Assembly: GCA_052426225.1 (NCBI GenBank)
Contig: JBNJNM010000013.1
Location: 682,001 to 746,000 of the forward strand
Direction: 5' to 3'
Length of the DNA: 64,000 nucleotides
Source of the DNA: Zancudomyces culisetae HAW-14-8
Taxonomy: Eukaryota; Fungi; Kickxellomycota
Shown here piece after piece: positions 48,646 to 61,444 of this stretch. Positions within the stretch are counted from its first letter, which is position 1, and every line of letters begins with the position of its first letter. The position numbers and the translations under genes were made by a program. A model generated the notes under the pieces. That model was not told the DNA's origin. It saw only the letters and a program-made list of their open reading frames with translations, and did not search any database.

Positions 48646-48697
48646 ATCCATAATTATCTATTTACACCATCCATAATTATCTATTTACACCATCCAT
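48646..48697 (+). repeat. 23-bp perfect tandem duplication ATCCATAATTATCTATTTACACC
   Basis: Two exact copies at 48646-48668 and 48669-48691, plus a partial third. Confidence 0.9.
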
Positions 48698-49190
48698 TGA
48701 TTATGATTTTTGATTTCGTTTCTTCAGCCAAGAAAAATATTTTTTGAGGTCTAAAAAAAAAATAGCACAATACGGATACATTAGCTGCGTTTACATCCTT
48801 GTTTGCAGGATTATTATAACAAAGCCTGGCTAAAAAAATTGTGTGCTGAAAAAAAATATGCAAAATTACCATAATTTCTAGTTTAATCAAATGGAGAAAA
48901 AAAAAGATAATAGAACAATAAGGGTAAACACTACTTAATTGTACTAACTTTACATTTTGCTTCTATTTATATTTAGCGAAGCCTTTTTCTTGTAGTATCT
49001 GTTTATTTTATAAGAAGGATTATCGTTCAGGCTAATATAATAAATACAAGTATCTAGGTGGAAACTATTGCATTAGTTAACACCCCCAGACAACCAGTTT
49101 TATTAAAACAATTTAAAAAAGAGCAAAAGCGAAAACAAAAGTCAAAGGCACCAGAAAAACGTTGAATAGAACACTAGAATAGAATCAAAA

Positions 49191-52038
49191 ATGGACGATT
49201 TGATTCCAACAGTCAATAAACTACAAGAAGTATTCAATACACTGGGCCAAGATCAGATCGATCTACCACAAATCGTAGTTGTGGGGTAAGACAGAAACAC
49301 AGCCTTTTATTATGTCCTTTTTTTCCCGCTGTATTTTATGTCTACCGTAAAAGGCAGAAAAAAATTTTGATAGATAATTTACAAAGAGTGGAAAAAGTAA
49401 ACATGTAATATGATTTATGATATAGGTCACAGTCTTCAGGCAAATCTTCAGTCTTGGAAAACTTGGTAGGAATAGATTTTCTACCCAGAGGAGTAGGGAT
49501 AGTAACACGAAGGCCATTAGTGTTGCAGTTAGTAAACATTCCAACAAGCACAGGGAAGACTGAGGATAGTGTTATAGGCACTGAAGGAGAAAAAAATGAT
49601 TCTAAAGAAAATAGTACTAGCAGTAGCAATAGCACTAGTAACAGAGAGCGAGAGAAAGACAAGGAGCTGTATGCCCAATTTTTACATGTTCCGGGACGTA
49701 AATATTACGACATGAAGGAGGTTAGGAGGGAAATTGAAAATGAAACAGAAAGGCTGGCGGGGAAGAATAGGGGAATCATACGTACACCCATACATTTGAA
49801 AATATTTTCGACCAAAGTGTTAAACATTACGATGGTGGATTTGCCAGGAATTACAAAGGTAAGAATAGCCGCAACATGAATATAAACGGATCGGCCGACG
49901 AATTACAAATAAAATAAACAAATAAATAAATAAAAATGTAGATTCCGGTAGGAGATCAACCAACAGATATAGATATCCAGACCAAAAGCCTGGTGCTGGA
50001 ATATATTTCGAGACCTAATAGTATAATTCTGGCAGTAAGCCCAGCAAATGTAGATATTGCAAATTCAGAGAGCTTGAAAATAGCAAGAGAGGTGGACCCG
50101 GAGCATTCTAGGACGCTGGGTGTGATAACAAAGGTGGATTTGATGGATCGGGGTACTAGCGCATTAGAAATATTAACAGGGCGAGTATACCCACTGAGAC
50201 TAGGGTTTATAGGGGTTGTATGTAGAAGTCAAGAGGATACAGTAGCGGGAGTGACAGTAGAGAAAGCACTTGATGCAGAGACCAAATTTTTTACAACACA
50301 TCCTATATATAGGACTATCCAGCAGCATTGTGGAACGCGAAACTTGGCAAATGTAATGAATATGTTGTTGGTGACACACATCAAGGAAAAATTGCCAGAA
50401 ATCAAAGGCAAAATTAATGTAATGATCAGCAAAACGGAGGTAGAATTAAAGGCGTATGGTAGTTTGGGAACGAAGGTTGAGGGTGACAAGCTGACAAATC
50501 TTCTGAAGCTGGTAACGCAGTTCAGTACACGATTTGGAAGCATGGTTGAGGGCACGTGGCCAGAGATGTCAACATCAGAGCTTACAGGAGGTGCCAGATT
50601 ATATCATATTTTCCACCACATATTTTCGGTAGGGCTAGAAGGGATAAACCCAGCGTCTAATCTGACCGATGAGGATATAAGAACCGCTATTCGCAACTCT
50701 AGTGGCCCAAGAGCATCGTTGTTTGTACCAGAATTGGCATTCCAACTATTAATTAAACCGCTCATTAAGTCACTGGAACATCCATCACAGCGATGTGTGC
50801 AGATGGCCTACGAGGAGCTGGGACAAATTGCACAGCGTAGCGAAAGCAAAGAGCTGAAGCGATATCCCAAGCTGCATCGGGGTGTGATGCGGGTGGTTTC
50901 TGAACTGCTACGTGAACGTGTTGGGCCGACATCGACATATGTTGAAAGCCTGATTGCAATAGAGCAAGCATACATCAACACAAACCATCCAGACTTTATT
51001 GGTGGCTCAGGTGCACTAATTGAGCTGCAAAAGAAAGCAGAGATAAAACGCAGACAGAATGCTAGAGCAGCAGCGGTTGCGGCAATGCAGTCGGCTACCA
51101 ATGCTGCCAGTGGTAGCGGTGCATGGGATGATGATGATGACGGTGATGGCGATGGCGATGGCGATGGCGACGGTGATGAAGAAGAAAATAGCGATAGCGA
51201 TAGCATTGGTCGTTCCAAAAACAACGACGGCAATGTTCAAGAGGGACGCCAGCGAGCCGCGCGTATCCAACCAGCCTCAAAGCGGAACTCGGTTGCAGAG
51301 AACGGCTACAATGACCGTTTCTTCAAATCATTCTTTGGGGGTCCATCAGCCCATAACACCGCTTCTGGTGCTTCGCATGCACTTTCGTCTCCCGCAAATA
51401 ATATCCTTCCTGCCAACAAAAAAATCAACCCGTCAAAAGTCACCAACAATATGCTTGGCCCAATAACTTCAGCCTCAAAGACGACTGGAATCCCCGACCA
51501 CGAGCAGTCCGCCCGATTCTTCGACCGCTCTAGAGATGACGAATACAGCTATGAAGATTCGCCTGGATATCCATCGAGCAATCTTTACAATTACGGTGGC
51601 TACGCTGGCTACAACCCACGGAATTCCAGAGAGTTGCCCATTTCTAGCAGAGTAATGGCAACATTCACATCTCCTGCCGAAAATGCCAACAGTGCCAACA
51701 ACATGAGTATTAATATGAACGAGCTAGACATATCTGAGCATTTGTCCCTTGAGGAACGCGACGAAATGGAAATCACCTTGATTCGCCTACTGATTTCCAG
51801 CTACTTCAAAATTGTTCGAAAGTCTGTGATGGATTTGGTTCCCAAGGCCATCATGCATCTACTGGTTAACGAAACTGTTAGCAGCTTGCAGAACAGACTG
51901 GTCCAAGAGCTTTACGACAAGTCTCTGGCTGATGAACTAATGAAAGAAAACCCTACTTTATTGAACGAGCGCGAAAAATGTGCCGCAATGCTAGATGTCT
52001 ATAAAAAGGCCTACGATATTATTTCTAAAATTATCTAA
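49191..52038 (+). CDS. DNM1: Dynamin-related GTPase Dnm1/Drp1 (mitochondrial/peroxisomal fission), 3 exons
   Basis: DLPQIVVVG|[33 protein letters not shown]|[20 protein letters not shown], a long B-insert and a GED ([13 protein letters not shown]). Introns at 49286-49425 and 49859-49941. Confidence 0.92.
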
Positions 52039-52090
52039 TTTTTTTTTTACTACCTGGTTTATTATTTTATTTACTTATTTACTATTGTCT

Positions 52091-53230
52091 TCATTCTTTA
52101 ATTTTAATTCTTTCAATCTCCTTTTCTAATTCTAACTCTTCTTCCTTTTCCTCCTCAGTCTCTACTTCACTAACCTCCTCCTCATCAGTAAGCTCCTCCA
52201 TATCGGACAGTGACCCCAAGACGTCATCCGATCCAAGTTTTTCCATCAGCTTGGCAACCACAGAACTGTCTTCACAAAACCGGTTTCCATTCAGCTCCAG
52301 CTTCCTTAGTCTTTCTAGTTTGCCTACAATTTCCACCAACTGCTCAATTTGCTTTTCCTCGATTTCATTGTATTGCAGATTAACTAGTTCCAGCTGTTTG
52401 CATTTTTCAAGCTCATTTATCACCAGCTTTCCTCCGTTCTTGCCTAAAAGACAATCACCAACATTGAGGCTTACCAAGTTTGCCCACTCCTTCAACCCTG
52501 TTGCCAACGCCTCACTGCCTTTCAAACTTAATGTGTTGTCCTGTAAATCCAGCTCCTCTAGATTCTTATTAGCCTTCAACCCTTCCATAATATTCTCTAT
52601 CCCCTCGCTACGAATCCCGTTCTGTGCAATCTTGACCACCTTGAACCCGTTGCTCTTTGCAAACATTTCCCCAAGCTCTTTGCTACTGCCATTCTCCAAC
52701 CGGTTTCTTCCCATCCACAGCTTTTCAAGTTTAGAGACAGTGTTATTGCTACCTTCCTCTGATACGTAGCTTTTGCTGCGCTCCATAATTGCACGTGCTA
52801 TTGTCTTGCCCCCATCTATTCCCAGTCCGTTGTTGTTGATGTATAGCACCTTTAGATTCTTAGACTTTACTATCAAATCATACATAGATTCAGCTCCAAC
52901 TGGACCAAAGGCGTTGTCAGACAAGTCCAACTCTTCCAGCTCCTCCACTTCTATCAGCGCGTCACACATCTCCTTTACGGATTTTCGCACCTCCTCTCGG
53001 GATCTTGTGGTAAAAATATCACCCAGCTTTGCAACCCTTAATTTTTTGAGTTGTCTAATATACTTTGCAAGCTCTGCGGCTGCCTCAGTCCCAAGCGTGT
53101 TGCCACTAAACTCAATCATCTCAATCTCATGTTTGCGTTTCTCCAGCTCACCGACTATTTCTGCCACATCTTGAGCAGTGTCATATCTCTGCTTCTTGTG
53201 TATTATAGAAAGTATCTTTTCTGGATTCAT
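52091..53230 (-). CDS. RNA1: Ran GTPase-activating protein (LRR)
   Basis: SGNTLG.EA, DIFTTR, DLSDNAFGP, NNNGLG, GRNRLENGS, QNGIR, LDLQDNT, LQYNEI and an acidic tail. Confidence 0.95.
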   Translation of the reverse strand: MNPEKILSIIHKKQRYDTAQDVAEIVGELEKRKHEIEMIEFSGNTLGTEAAAELAKYIRQLKKLRVAKLGDIFTTRSREEVRKSVKEMCDALIEVEELEELDLSDNAFGPVGAESMYDLIVKSKNLKVLYINNNGLGIDGGKTIARAIMERSKSYVSEEGSNNTVSKLEKLWMGRNRLENGSSKELGEMFAKSNGFKVVKIAQNGIRSEGIENIMEGLKANKNLEELDLQDNTLSLKGSEALATGLKEWANLVSLNVGDCLLGKNGGKLVINELEKCKQLELVNLQYNEIEEKQIEQLVEIVGKLERLRKLELNGNRFCEDSSVVAKLMEKLGSDDVLGSLSDMEELTDEEEVSEVETEEEKEEELELEKEIERIKIKE

Positions 53231-53661
53231 TTTCGTCGGTTTACTCCTTCCAATTTAAATTTCCTTTATTGAAAACTTTAAACTACAAAACAACACTTTG
53301 GATTTCAGAACTATTATTACTCAATATTACTTTCTAAAACAAAAAGAAATAATAAATAAACCACCATTAAAAAAAAATTTTTTTTTTAATTGCGCTATTA
53401 TTGATGCTTTTTTTTTGTTTATGTTTGCATTAATATTAATTCCTACCAAACCGTTTTATTTTGTGGACAAATATTCTAAACACAAAATTTAATGTCGAAA
53501 ATAAATAGCAAACAAAAAAAATAGTTGCGATACCGCTTTAGCTCCAAAGTGTATTCATATCATTATTAATAATTGTCTGAATATAATCCCCTTTCGTTAG
53601 CACAAACAAAAGCGATTTTAGAGGGCTAGTTTTTTGTAAAGCAATGTAGCCTGTTGTACTC

Positions 53662-56190
53662 ATGAATTGCGAATATATAGATACTAAATGGTGCGTTTAT
53701 TCCATAGGCTCAAATTCTGGTGGCCAGCTGGGAATTGGCACTACTATTGATCAACAACACCCAGCACGTTGTCATTTCTCCTGCAGCAAACATTCCAATC
53801 AAACACAGCAATCCGGTTGTGTTAGTGACTATACATCTACTTTTGCTGATTCGTCTACCGCCAACCTTGACAATTCCTCCGGTTCTGAGACAAGGCAACA
53901 CGAACTCGACGCTGATCAATCTGCAAAAGTTCAATTCAAGGTGCAGGTGCCTAAATGTATGCTTGAAATAGCTAATTCCTGTCCACCAATTATTGTCGGT
54001 GGTGGAAACCACACATTTTTATACTGGGTGGGGTTGGGAATACTTTATGGTTGTGGAAACAATTCCGATTTTGAGTTGGGAATAACAGCTCATGAAGATA
54101 GTAATTCTAACAAAACTGATCCCCAAATCGACCACACTACAGGATTTTATGCGTTTTGTGAGGTACCTTTGCCTCGCTCTACCTGTTCTTCTACTTTTTG
54201 CTTAGGCGATGCCAACAGCGGTAATCCCCCTGATTGTTTTGTTCCAAAAAGCACCTGCTGCATCCACCAAAGCATTGTAAAGATAAAACAGATTGCTGCT
54301 GGCTGGAACCATTCCCTCCTGCTCACTGTTGATGGCAGCGTATACTCGCTAGGAAACAACAAATACGGCCAATGTGGGGTATTACCCGAATCTGGCAATG
54401 TAGTCCCGAAAATTCTCGGCAGCAGTAATAACAGCGGAAGAGGCAATACAGGAACCAAAAATAATACTAATTTTGTTCAAGCGTGGACAAAAGTGAGTTT
54501 CGCCCTCTCTGTAAATACCTCTGCTCATTTGGATAGTTCTTGCACCGACAATGCCAATAAGCTGACTAGCTATGACCAGAACCAACACATCTCTGCAATT
54601 GGCGGCCAAAAAGAGGATGTTATTAAAATTACCAAAATTTCTGCTGGGCTAAGACACAGTATGGCTTTATCTGAGTGTGGAAAGGTGTATGGCTGGGGAT
54701 ACAATAACCACAGTATGCTTGATCGTTGGTTTTCCGATCCCAGTCCCAGTTTCAACCCTACCTACAACCCTTTGTTAGTCCGTAATACAGCTTTGCCTTT
54801 CAATAGACCTAAAGATAAGGGCTTTAATGCGTTTAAAGGTGTAGATAAAAAGCTGGTCAGGACTCCACAGTTAATATATGCTTCCAGCTGTCATGGTATC
54901 TCTAGCGAGACGGTAGCCAATATAAGAATGAATTCTAGCACAAATACACAAGATTATTCGAAAACACCTATTGATATCGCTTGTGGAAGAAATTACATCT
55001 CAATACTATCGATCCTCATGCCTCGACATCAAAACCATAACCAGGCTAGTGACGGTAGCAGTATCAATCTAGATCCTGGTGTTTATGGTACCTCAGAACT
55101 TAACCAAAACTTTACTGAATCATGTCAATCTCCCCACTCCACTTCTGTACTGCACCCGCATAGATATCCTTTGATTTTTATTGTTGATATCTTGGGAAAA
55201 TTCAAGACAGGTAACGGTCACGGAAACATTAGAGATAGGAATAAACTGAATAATACTGGTGCTGTTTGTAAGCATACATTTTCTTTTGCCTCTGATATAT
55301 TGGTAAATGCTAACAACATTGATGAGAATCTCTCTAGTGAACATTTCGCAAGTCTTCTTCACAAAAATATTCACACAAAGAACTTTGTAATTGATATTCC
55401 GAAAATTGTTTCCTGCTGGGAAAACCTGTTTATTTACGGCTCAAGGCCAGTAATCCCCATCAACCTAGACGAGCTAGACAATTTTTTATGTCTAGATTAT
55501 TCTGAAATAATATACACATGTGCCTATAATAGCAATAACAATAAAGGTGACGACGACGTACTTGCAGATATAAAACCCAGTACTGACACAAACAATATCG
55601 GCAAAAGCACTGGTTTTAATCACCAAAATAATAGTTTCGGGAAACCTCATCATAATTTGTACTTGTATTATCTGGGCGTACCTCAGCATAGCCTGGCTGG
55701 TGATAATAATGGGTCGAGAGCCCTTTCAAACAAAGAATACCCTACTTTTGATGGGGAAATGGAAGGCTCTTCCAACATAAAGTCAACCTCAACATCATCC
55801 GTCCCATTTTTTAATGTACCTGCTGAATCCATCATTTCACAACCTACCGGCACAGAAAATGACACAATTCCATCGGACAGCAAGCATCACACACATAATA
55901 CTGTGTCACTTCAAGACGTATCTTTGGTTTGTGGATCAAATCATTGTGCTTTGTCCACACCCGGAACACTATCTGCATTTTGCTGGGGCTGGAACGAACA
56001 TGGAAATTGTGGACCCATTGACAGCTACAACTTGATGACTAGCAACAACTTGATTACAGCTTCAGAAACCGATGCTAATCTGGTTGACAAATGGCCTCCC
56101 GAAACCTTCAGCATATCTTCTGTCGGGTTTCCCATTTATAATTCTGGCTGTGGGTATGGAAACACGTTTTTTGTATCTGTCACAGATTGA
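53662..56190 (+). CDS. RCC1-repeat beta-propeller protein, Ats1/Kti13/SERGEF-like, with large insertions
   Basis: YSIGSN.GGQLG.G, GGGNHT, IAAGWNHS, GNNKYGQCG, ISAGLRHS, CGSNH, WGWNEHGNCG and GCGYGNTF. Confidence 0.8.
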   Translation: MNCEYIDTKWCVYSIGSNSGGQLGIGTTIDQQHPARCHFSCSKHSNQTQQSGCVSDYTSTFADSSTANLDNSSGSETRQHELDADQSAKVQFKVQVPKCMLEIANSCPPIIVGGGNHTFLYWVGLGILYGCGNNSDFELGITAHEDSNSNKTDPQIDHTTGFYAFCEVPLPRSTCSSTFCLGDANSGNPPDCFVPKSTCCIHQSIVKIKQIAAGWNHSLLLTVDGSVYSLGNNKYGQCGVLPESGNVVPKILGSSNNSGRGNTGTKNNTNFVQAWTKVSFALSVNTSAHLDSSCTDNANKLTSYDQNQHISAIGGQKEDVIKITKISAGLRHSMALSECGKVYGWGYNNHSMLDRWFSDPSPSFNPTYNPLLVRNTALPFNRPKDKGFNAFKGVDKKLVRTPQLIYASSCHGISSETVANIRMNSSTNTQDYSKTPIDIACGRNYISILSILMPRHQNHNQASDGSSINLDPGVYGTSELNQNFTESCQSPHSTSVLHPHRYPLIFIVDILGKFKTGNGHGNIRDRNKLNNTGAVCKHTFSFASDILVNANNIDENLSSEHFASLLHKNIHTKNFVIDIPKIVSCWENLFIYGSRPVIPINLDELDNFLCLDYSEIIYTCAYNSNNNKGDDDVLADIKPSTDTNNIGKSTGFNHQNNSFGKPHHNLYLYYLGVPQHSLAGDNNGSRALSNKEYPTFDGEMEGSSNIKSTSTSSVPFFNVPAESIISQPTGTENDTIPSDSKHHTHNTVSLQDVSLVCGSNHCALSTPGTLSAFCWGWNEHGNCGPIDSYNLMTSNNLITASETDANLVDKWPPETFSISSVGFPIYNSGCGYGNTFFVSVTD

Positions 56191-56476
56191 TTTTTTTTTT
56201 CACCTTTTTTTCGTTTTATTTTTTAATCGCATTTCTATCAAATATTTCGAGAATTTTAGAATAACCTGTTATGTTTTGATTACCATTTCTCTGAGAAAAT
56301 TTTATTCTTCAAGTGTAAATAGTGAGAGTTATAAAAGCTAAGGTGGAAACGACGCGTATGGATACAACATACAAAAGGATATGTTAATCATCTAATTCAC
56401 AGGCATCAGGACCAAAACGGAACCCATTTCAGCACACATGCTCCATGGAATAAATAAAATGGAGCCACTATTTCAT

Positions 56477-58147
56477 CTATTGTTTATTTATATATTTGGA
56501 GATGGATGTATATGTTCCAACCACCAGGACAATCAATCCAAAAGTCAAATTTACAAATGCCATCAGCGTATAAAAGCCATTCTGGCTTTTAGAAAGGTCG
56601 TATCCGGAATCAACCTGTTCATGTTGCTGGGGAATCGCATTGTATTCAGGAAAAGTGGGCGATAAGGCGGTGGAATCTCCTCCGAGGGTCGATCTTGGAT
56701 TGAACGGAGTCGAAAAGTGACGAACAGATGATACGGTGGTCAGGTATATCAGCGCGGGGATAATAAAGGCAAGAAGTGTAGCAGCAACTGATCCAATAAG
56801 CTTAAACGCAAATCCCAAATCATTGACAAAAATCGCAGTTACTAGTGTGATAAGGAACCATAGTGTGGACAAAAAGTAGAAGAGCTTATATCTATATATG
56901 TGTCTGAAGGCTTCGGATATGCTGCTGATATTATCTTCTTGTGGTACGAGGATTGAGGCGGGAAAATACGAATTGAGACTTTCTCGCATGGGGTAAAATT
57001 GCATTGGGTAGGTCATAATTATCGATATAAACATCAAAAATCTGGCAATATTTATTACATGATCATTTGCAGGAAAGTTGTTTAGTAAGTTTGGCTCTAC
57101 ATTCAATCCAAACAGCAGATATCCTGTAACTGCAAAGCACACGTATATCACTACTGCCAATAAACACGCGAAAACTGACGCCTTTTTCCACACCTGCAAT
57201 CGCCGATCCTCTAGTATAAGAAAGTTTCCATACGCCGTTTGTGTACACATGAGTGCAAACGCTATTATTCCTAGTGCAGGTAGGGGGTTTGCTCCCAGAA
57301 CTGGAAGTTCCGGCAGTCTGTTGGTCATAGTTGTTGCTAGCATAAGATTAGTATACTTAATGGCGCCTCTTAGTGCCATTATCACCATTGCTATGGGAAC
57401 TGTTAATACTCCCACCTGTGAATACTTTGCTAACGGAGCTAAATCCCTGAAAAACAAAAGCGGGAATACGAAAATAATCGAGATTAGAATTATGACTATT
57501 CGCCGATCAATGGCAACACCAGATATGAACTCTGTTGAAATAGCAGTTACAATGTCTCCTGATATTATCAAATATGTGATGCAACTCCCAATTCCATTGA
57601 AAATCAATGCAAAACTCAGCGCGTAGTGGCCAGGAGCTCCCAAAGATTTTCTTGTTACTTTTTCGAATTCGTACAACCCACCCATTTTGTGGCCACAAAG
57701 TATCAGCATTATTAGTGAATAGTATGACAATACTCCGGTAAGAACTATCAGGAATATCCCTGTCCAGAATCCAGCCTCTTTTATCGCGTAAGGGAGCGCA
57801 ATTATCCCTGCCCCGATTATCGTGTTTAATATATTGAACCCGGCTAGAGAAAAAAAAATACAAAAGGTTAGAATTTGGCCTCTAAATTTGCAAACGATTA
57901 AGGTAGGCATATATAAAAAATATGTTAGAACTCTTTGGTGATTCGCTTACACTCATACGCGCTCTTGCCGGTAGCTGTGCCGTTTTCTATTTGGGTGGGT
58001 CAATCTTATATTATTATACTCTTGAACTATACACAGGCCTTATAAATTTGATAGAAATATTCATAAGTTGTAGTGTGTGTGTTTGTGTGTATTTTCTTAT
58101 TATAAGAATATTAATTTACCTTCAGTTCTTTCTATATTGCTTGTCAT
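56477..58147 (-). CDS. Amino acid transporter, Aa_trans family (Avt2/SLC38A11-like), 3 exons
   Basis: FNILNTIIGAGIIALPYA.KEAG, multiple TM helices, GYLLFG, NLLNNFP and YPMQFYP.R. Upstream exons MTSNIERTE|ENGTATGKSAYE|SGFN splice in frame from the ATG at 58147. Confidence 0.88.
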
Positions 58148-61100
58148 TTTTGTCTAGTAAAAAATTTTATGGTCCTCTTGCAGATAAGAATAACAAAAGT
58201 ACGCTCTATAATCTCATATCTTACGTTGTTATATGATCCAGTCACCAAACTTTTGTGTATAAGTGATATGCATTTGCCTATAAGATTTTTTTTTAAAGTG
58301 GGAATATAGATAAAGATATTTAGTAATTGTCCTTTCACGTGTATCTGCAGTTATAAAGGAATAATGAAATTAGAGATAAATGTTCTCGTCCAATTGCGCA
58401 AATACTATTGCTTCACAAGATGATGAAAAGTGTAAAAAAAAACACCAAGACCTATGGAATAGAGGTGCGCTGAAAGAAATAGAGCGACTTTTAGTTTACA
58501 TTGGGCCAGAAGGTTGGTTCTTTATCTCCATCACTTCATGTACAGGTCTGCCATTTGCCAGTTCAGCCATACTTTCGAGTTGCGCTTTCAAGCGATTGCT
58601 AGCCTGCAAATTTTGTATATTAACAAACTTCTAGATATTCTATCACCAACTAGCTGCGAGCAAAAAAGAAAGGCAGTACCATTTTTTATTTGCGCTTGCG
58701 GGATATACTCTATGTATTCGTCATTCACTGTTATACATTCTCACCTCCTATTCACTTCAATTCACTTTTTATTTCTGCTACTTTAAACCGACCTTCATCT
58801 TTAAATGTTGGAAATCATGATTATGGGGATGCTGTTGGGGAGGGGGTGGAGGCGGTGATGAAGATAGTAGGGAGAAAGTCTCATTATCGCCAAATTAGAA
58901 GTGAGCCCTCCCGATTTTTAAAACGTAGCAAAAAAAACTGATATATCTCCCACCCATACAAGAGCATAAGCAATTTGTATTAAATCCTGAAATAAAACGT
59001 AAAAACACACAAACATACCATTGTCGGCTTTCTCGCTTTTTTAATGATGTATTTATCTGGCATTTAATACGCAGTGATAGTGCAGTTTTTTGTACCAAGC
59101 TTGCGCAATATTACTCATCTAGTATGACGGATCATAAGTATATACGTAATAGATTGAAAAAAAGAACAATTTACATAGTAATCTGTAGATAGTGAATTCG
59201 GACTAAAAGCCAGGATGTTGGAGACATACTTCAAGCAGACTTTCGGATGTATACTGATTTTGAACATCACGCATTCACATGTCCGCATTGTTTTATGTAA
59301 TTGCCCTCACCCGCCTGCCTTTTAGATGTTGGATAGACACATGCAAAACTATGTTCTCTCACTACCCATCAGAACAATGTCTGCGTGCATATCGGTTTCA
59401 AAGAGAGTCCTCCATTCATGGGAACACAATATACACAGAAACAGGTTACGCAAACATAATAGATGCTTGCTCTGTGTAATTATAGTCCCTTTCCCAGTTT
59501 TGGTGAATTCCCTGGCTTGGTAAATTGTGCTCTTTTTAACTCACGTGCCATTTGAACTAGCGAATTATAAAAGCGTATCTATTCAATTAATTTTCGCTTA
59601 TGTTATTTGTATCTCATTAAGCCAAAAGAAAAAATAATGGCCATAACCTGTTGCACATCCTTTTTTTGGCGGGAAGGGAGGGAGGAGGAATCTGAATTAT
59701 AGGATGTTTGGGGATACTCTGAGATACTGCCAAAGTATTGATGGTTGGACATTTGTTTGCCGTGCCTTTTTTATGACACTTAATTACCAAATTGTTCGAG
59801 AATATTCTCCTCTTGTCGCAAAATTAATGCACGTAAACTGTTTGTTATCTCCCATTTCCCGTTTCCCATTTCTCGAACTTTGCATAAGCCTGCTTTTCAT
59901 AGGCGCGGTTAGGGGAGACGCAACAAAGATAAATAAAGTGGTTGTAAGGGAAAATAAAAAGAAAATTGAATCAGGTAAGCTGGGCTTGTTCTGCAAATCC
60001 CTGAAATTGCATCTTTTATCAGGTCATTATATTACATGTGACCAGTAATATCTAATTTAGGGAATTTACTCTTTGACAATTTATTTACAACCGCTAATAG
60101 TATTGCCCCATCAAATAGTAAACTCAAAAACAAGCTACAACTTGCTTTAATTCCCTATCTTGCAAGCAAATTTATCATCCAATCTTTTCTTTGTATGTGT
60201 TTTCTGCCAATAATCACATTGCTGGGATTGCGGAAACTAGCAGATACGGCAGAAAGCCTAGCCAAAGTTGTGAGAGTGGGGTCGGGCATTGTTTGTCACC
60301 ACTGTTTTATATTACGCCCATTCATGATATTTTTCTTGTGAACTCATTTTCCCATTATTGGGCCATTATTCGGATTAGGATGAGGGGGGGAGGGAGAGGC
60401 TGGGTTTAATATAAAAGTACCAATGTCGAAAGTTTCCTTTATATTTAGATGTTATCGACTAACTCTGAAAAGAAAGCAGCTCATAATAACACAAAATAAC
60501 ACATAGTAACAGATTACAAAAGCAAATAATATACTCGGTCAATTGTTTTAGCAAAGAGAATAATACCAGTGTCAGGCCGTAATAATAACAGGAAAAAAAC
60601 AACCCAATATATTGTCAAAAAATGGAATCAAGCAAAGGCGTTAAAAATAACAAGGTAGAACATATAAAGACAGCTCACGGAATCAATCCCGAGAATGAGT
60701 GCACTTATGATTTGTATCCTCAAGGGGTGCGATATGTAATAAACTGTCACTCGGATGACAATCACCTTGATATAGATAGTGGGTACATCCAGAAGCACGT
60801 TTGTCCCAGCAAGGCAGAATTGGCGGATTCTAGTCCAGATCTGTACCCATGTATGTCTCGGCTAGAGTCAAACAGCTAGGCAGATTGTCTCTCGATTTAT
60901 GCCCACGCACAGCAAGTTATAAGAAGAGACGTTACAGCACGATCATGTCAACATAGGGACCAGCAGCATGCTTTTAATACTCTTGCTTTATCCTTACATC
61001 CTCTCCCGGTTGTAGAAGCAACGTGGGGTATGTTTCCTGTCAGAACCCAGTACGGCATTATCGATTTTCCATAGTACTATACTTTTATTAGATTATGTTA

Positions 61101-61444
61101 TATTTTGTTTTTCAAGACATGTTCATCTAGTTATGTTGGGGACACATCCGTGTTTATATACACAACCTGTACTTTTCATATCATACGTCTCTTTTTTTCT
61201 TTCTTGAATAAACTTCATTTTCCCCGTATTACGGGGCGATGTCCCCTTCCTTTTCCTTTGAAATGAAATTTGGTCTGAAATGAGGAGGATACCAAAGCAA
61301 TCGCGTTATTGACACATCAGAAGTATCTCCATCTTTTACGCTCTCCCCCACCCCCCCCCCGGAAAAAAAAATAGGTACATGCGTTGATTCGAATTGCTAC
61401 AAATGCACCCTACTTTGTATGCACTAGCGCAAAGATGGGTGAGT

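Noticed and set aside
59205-59300. GDILQADF resembling a GT31 galactosyltransferase motif
   Set aside because: The following D.Y.NL..K motif is absent and the frame is short.
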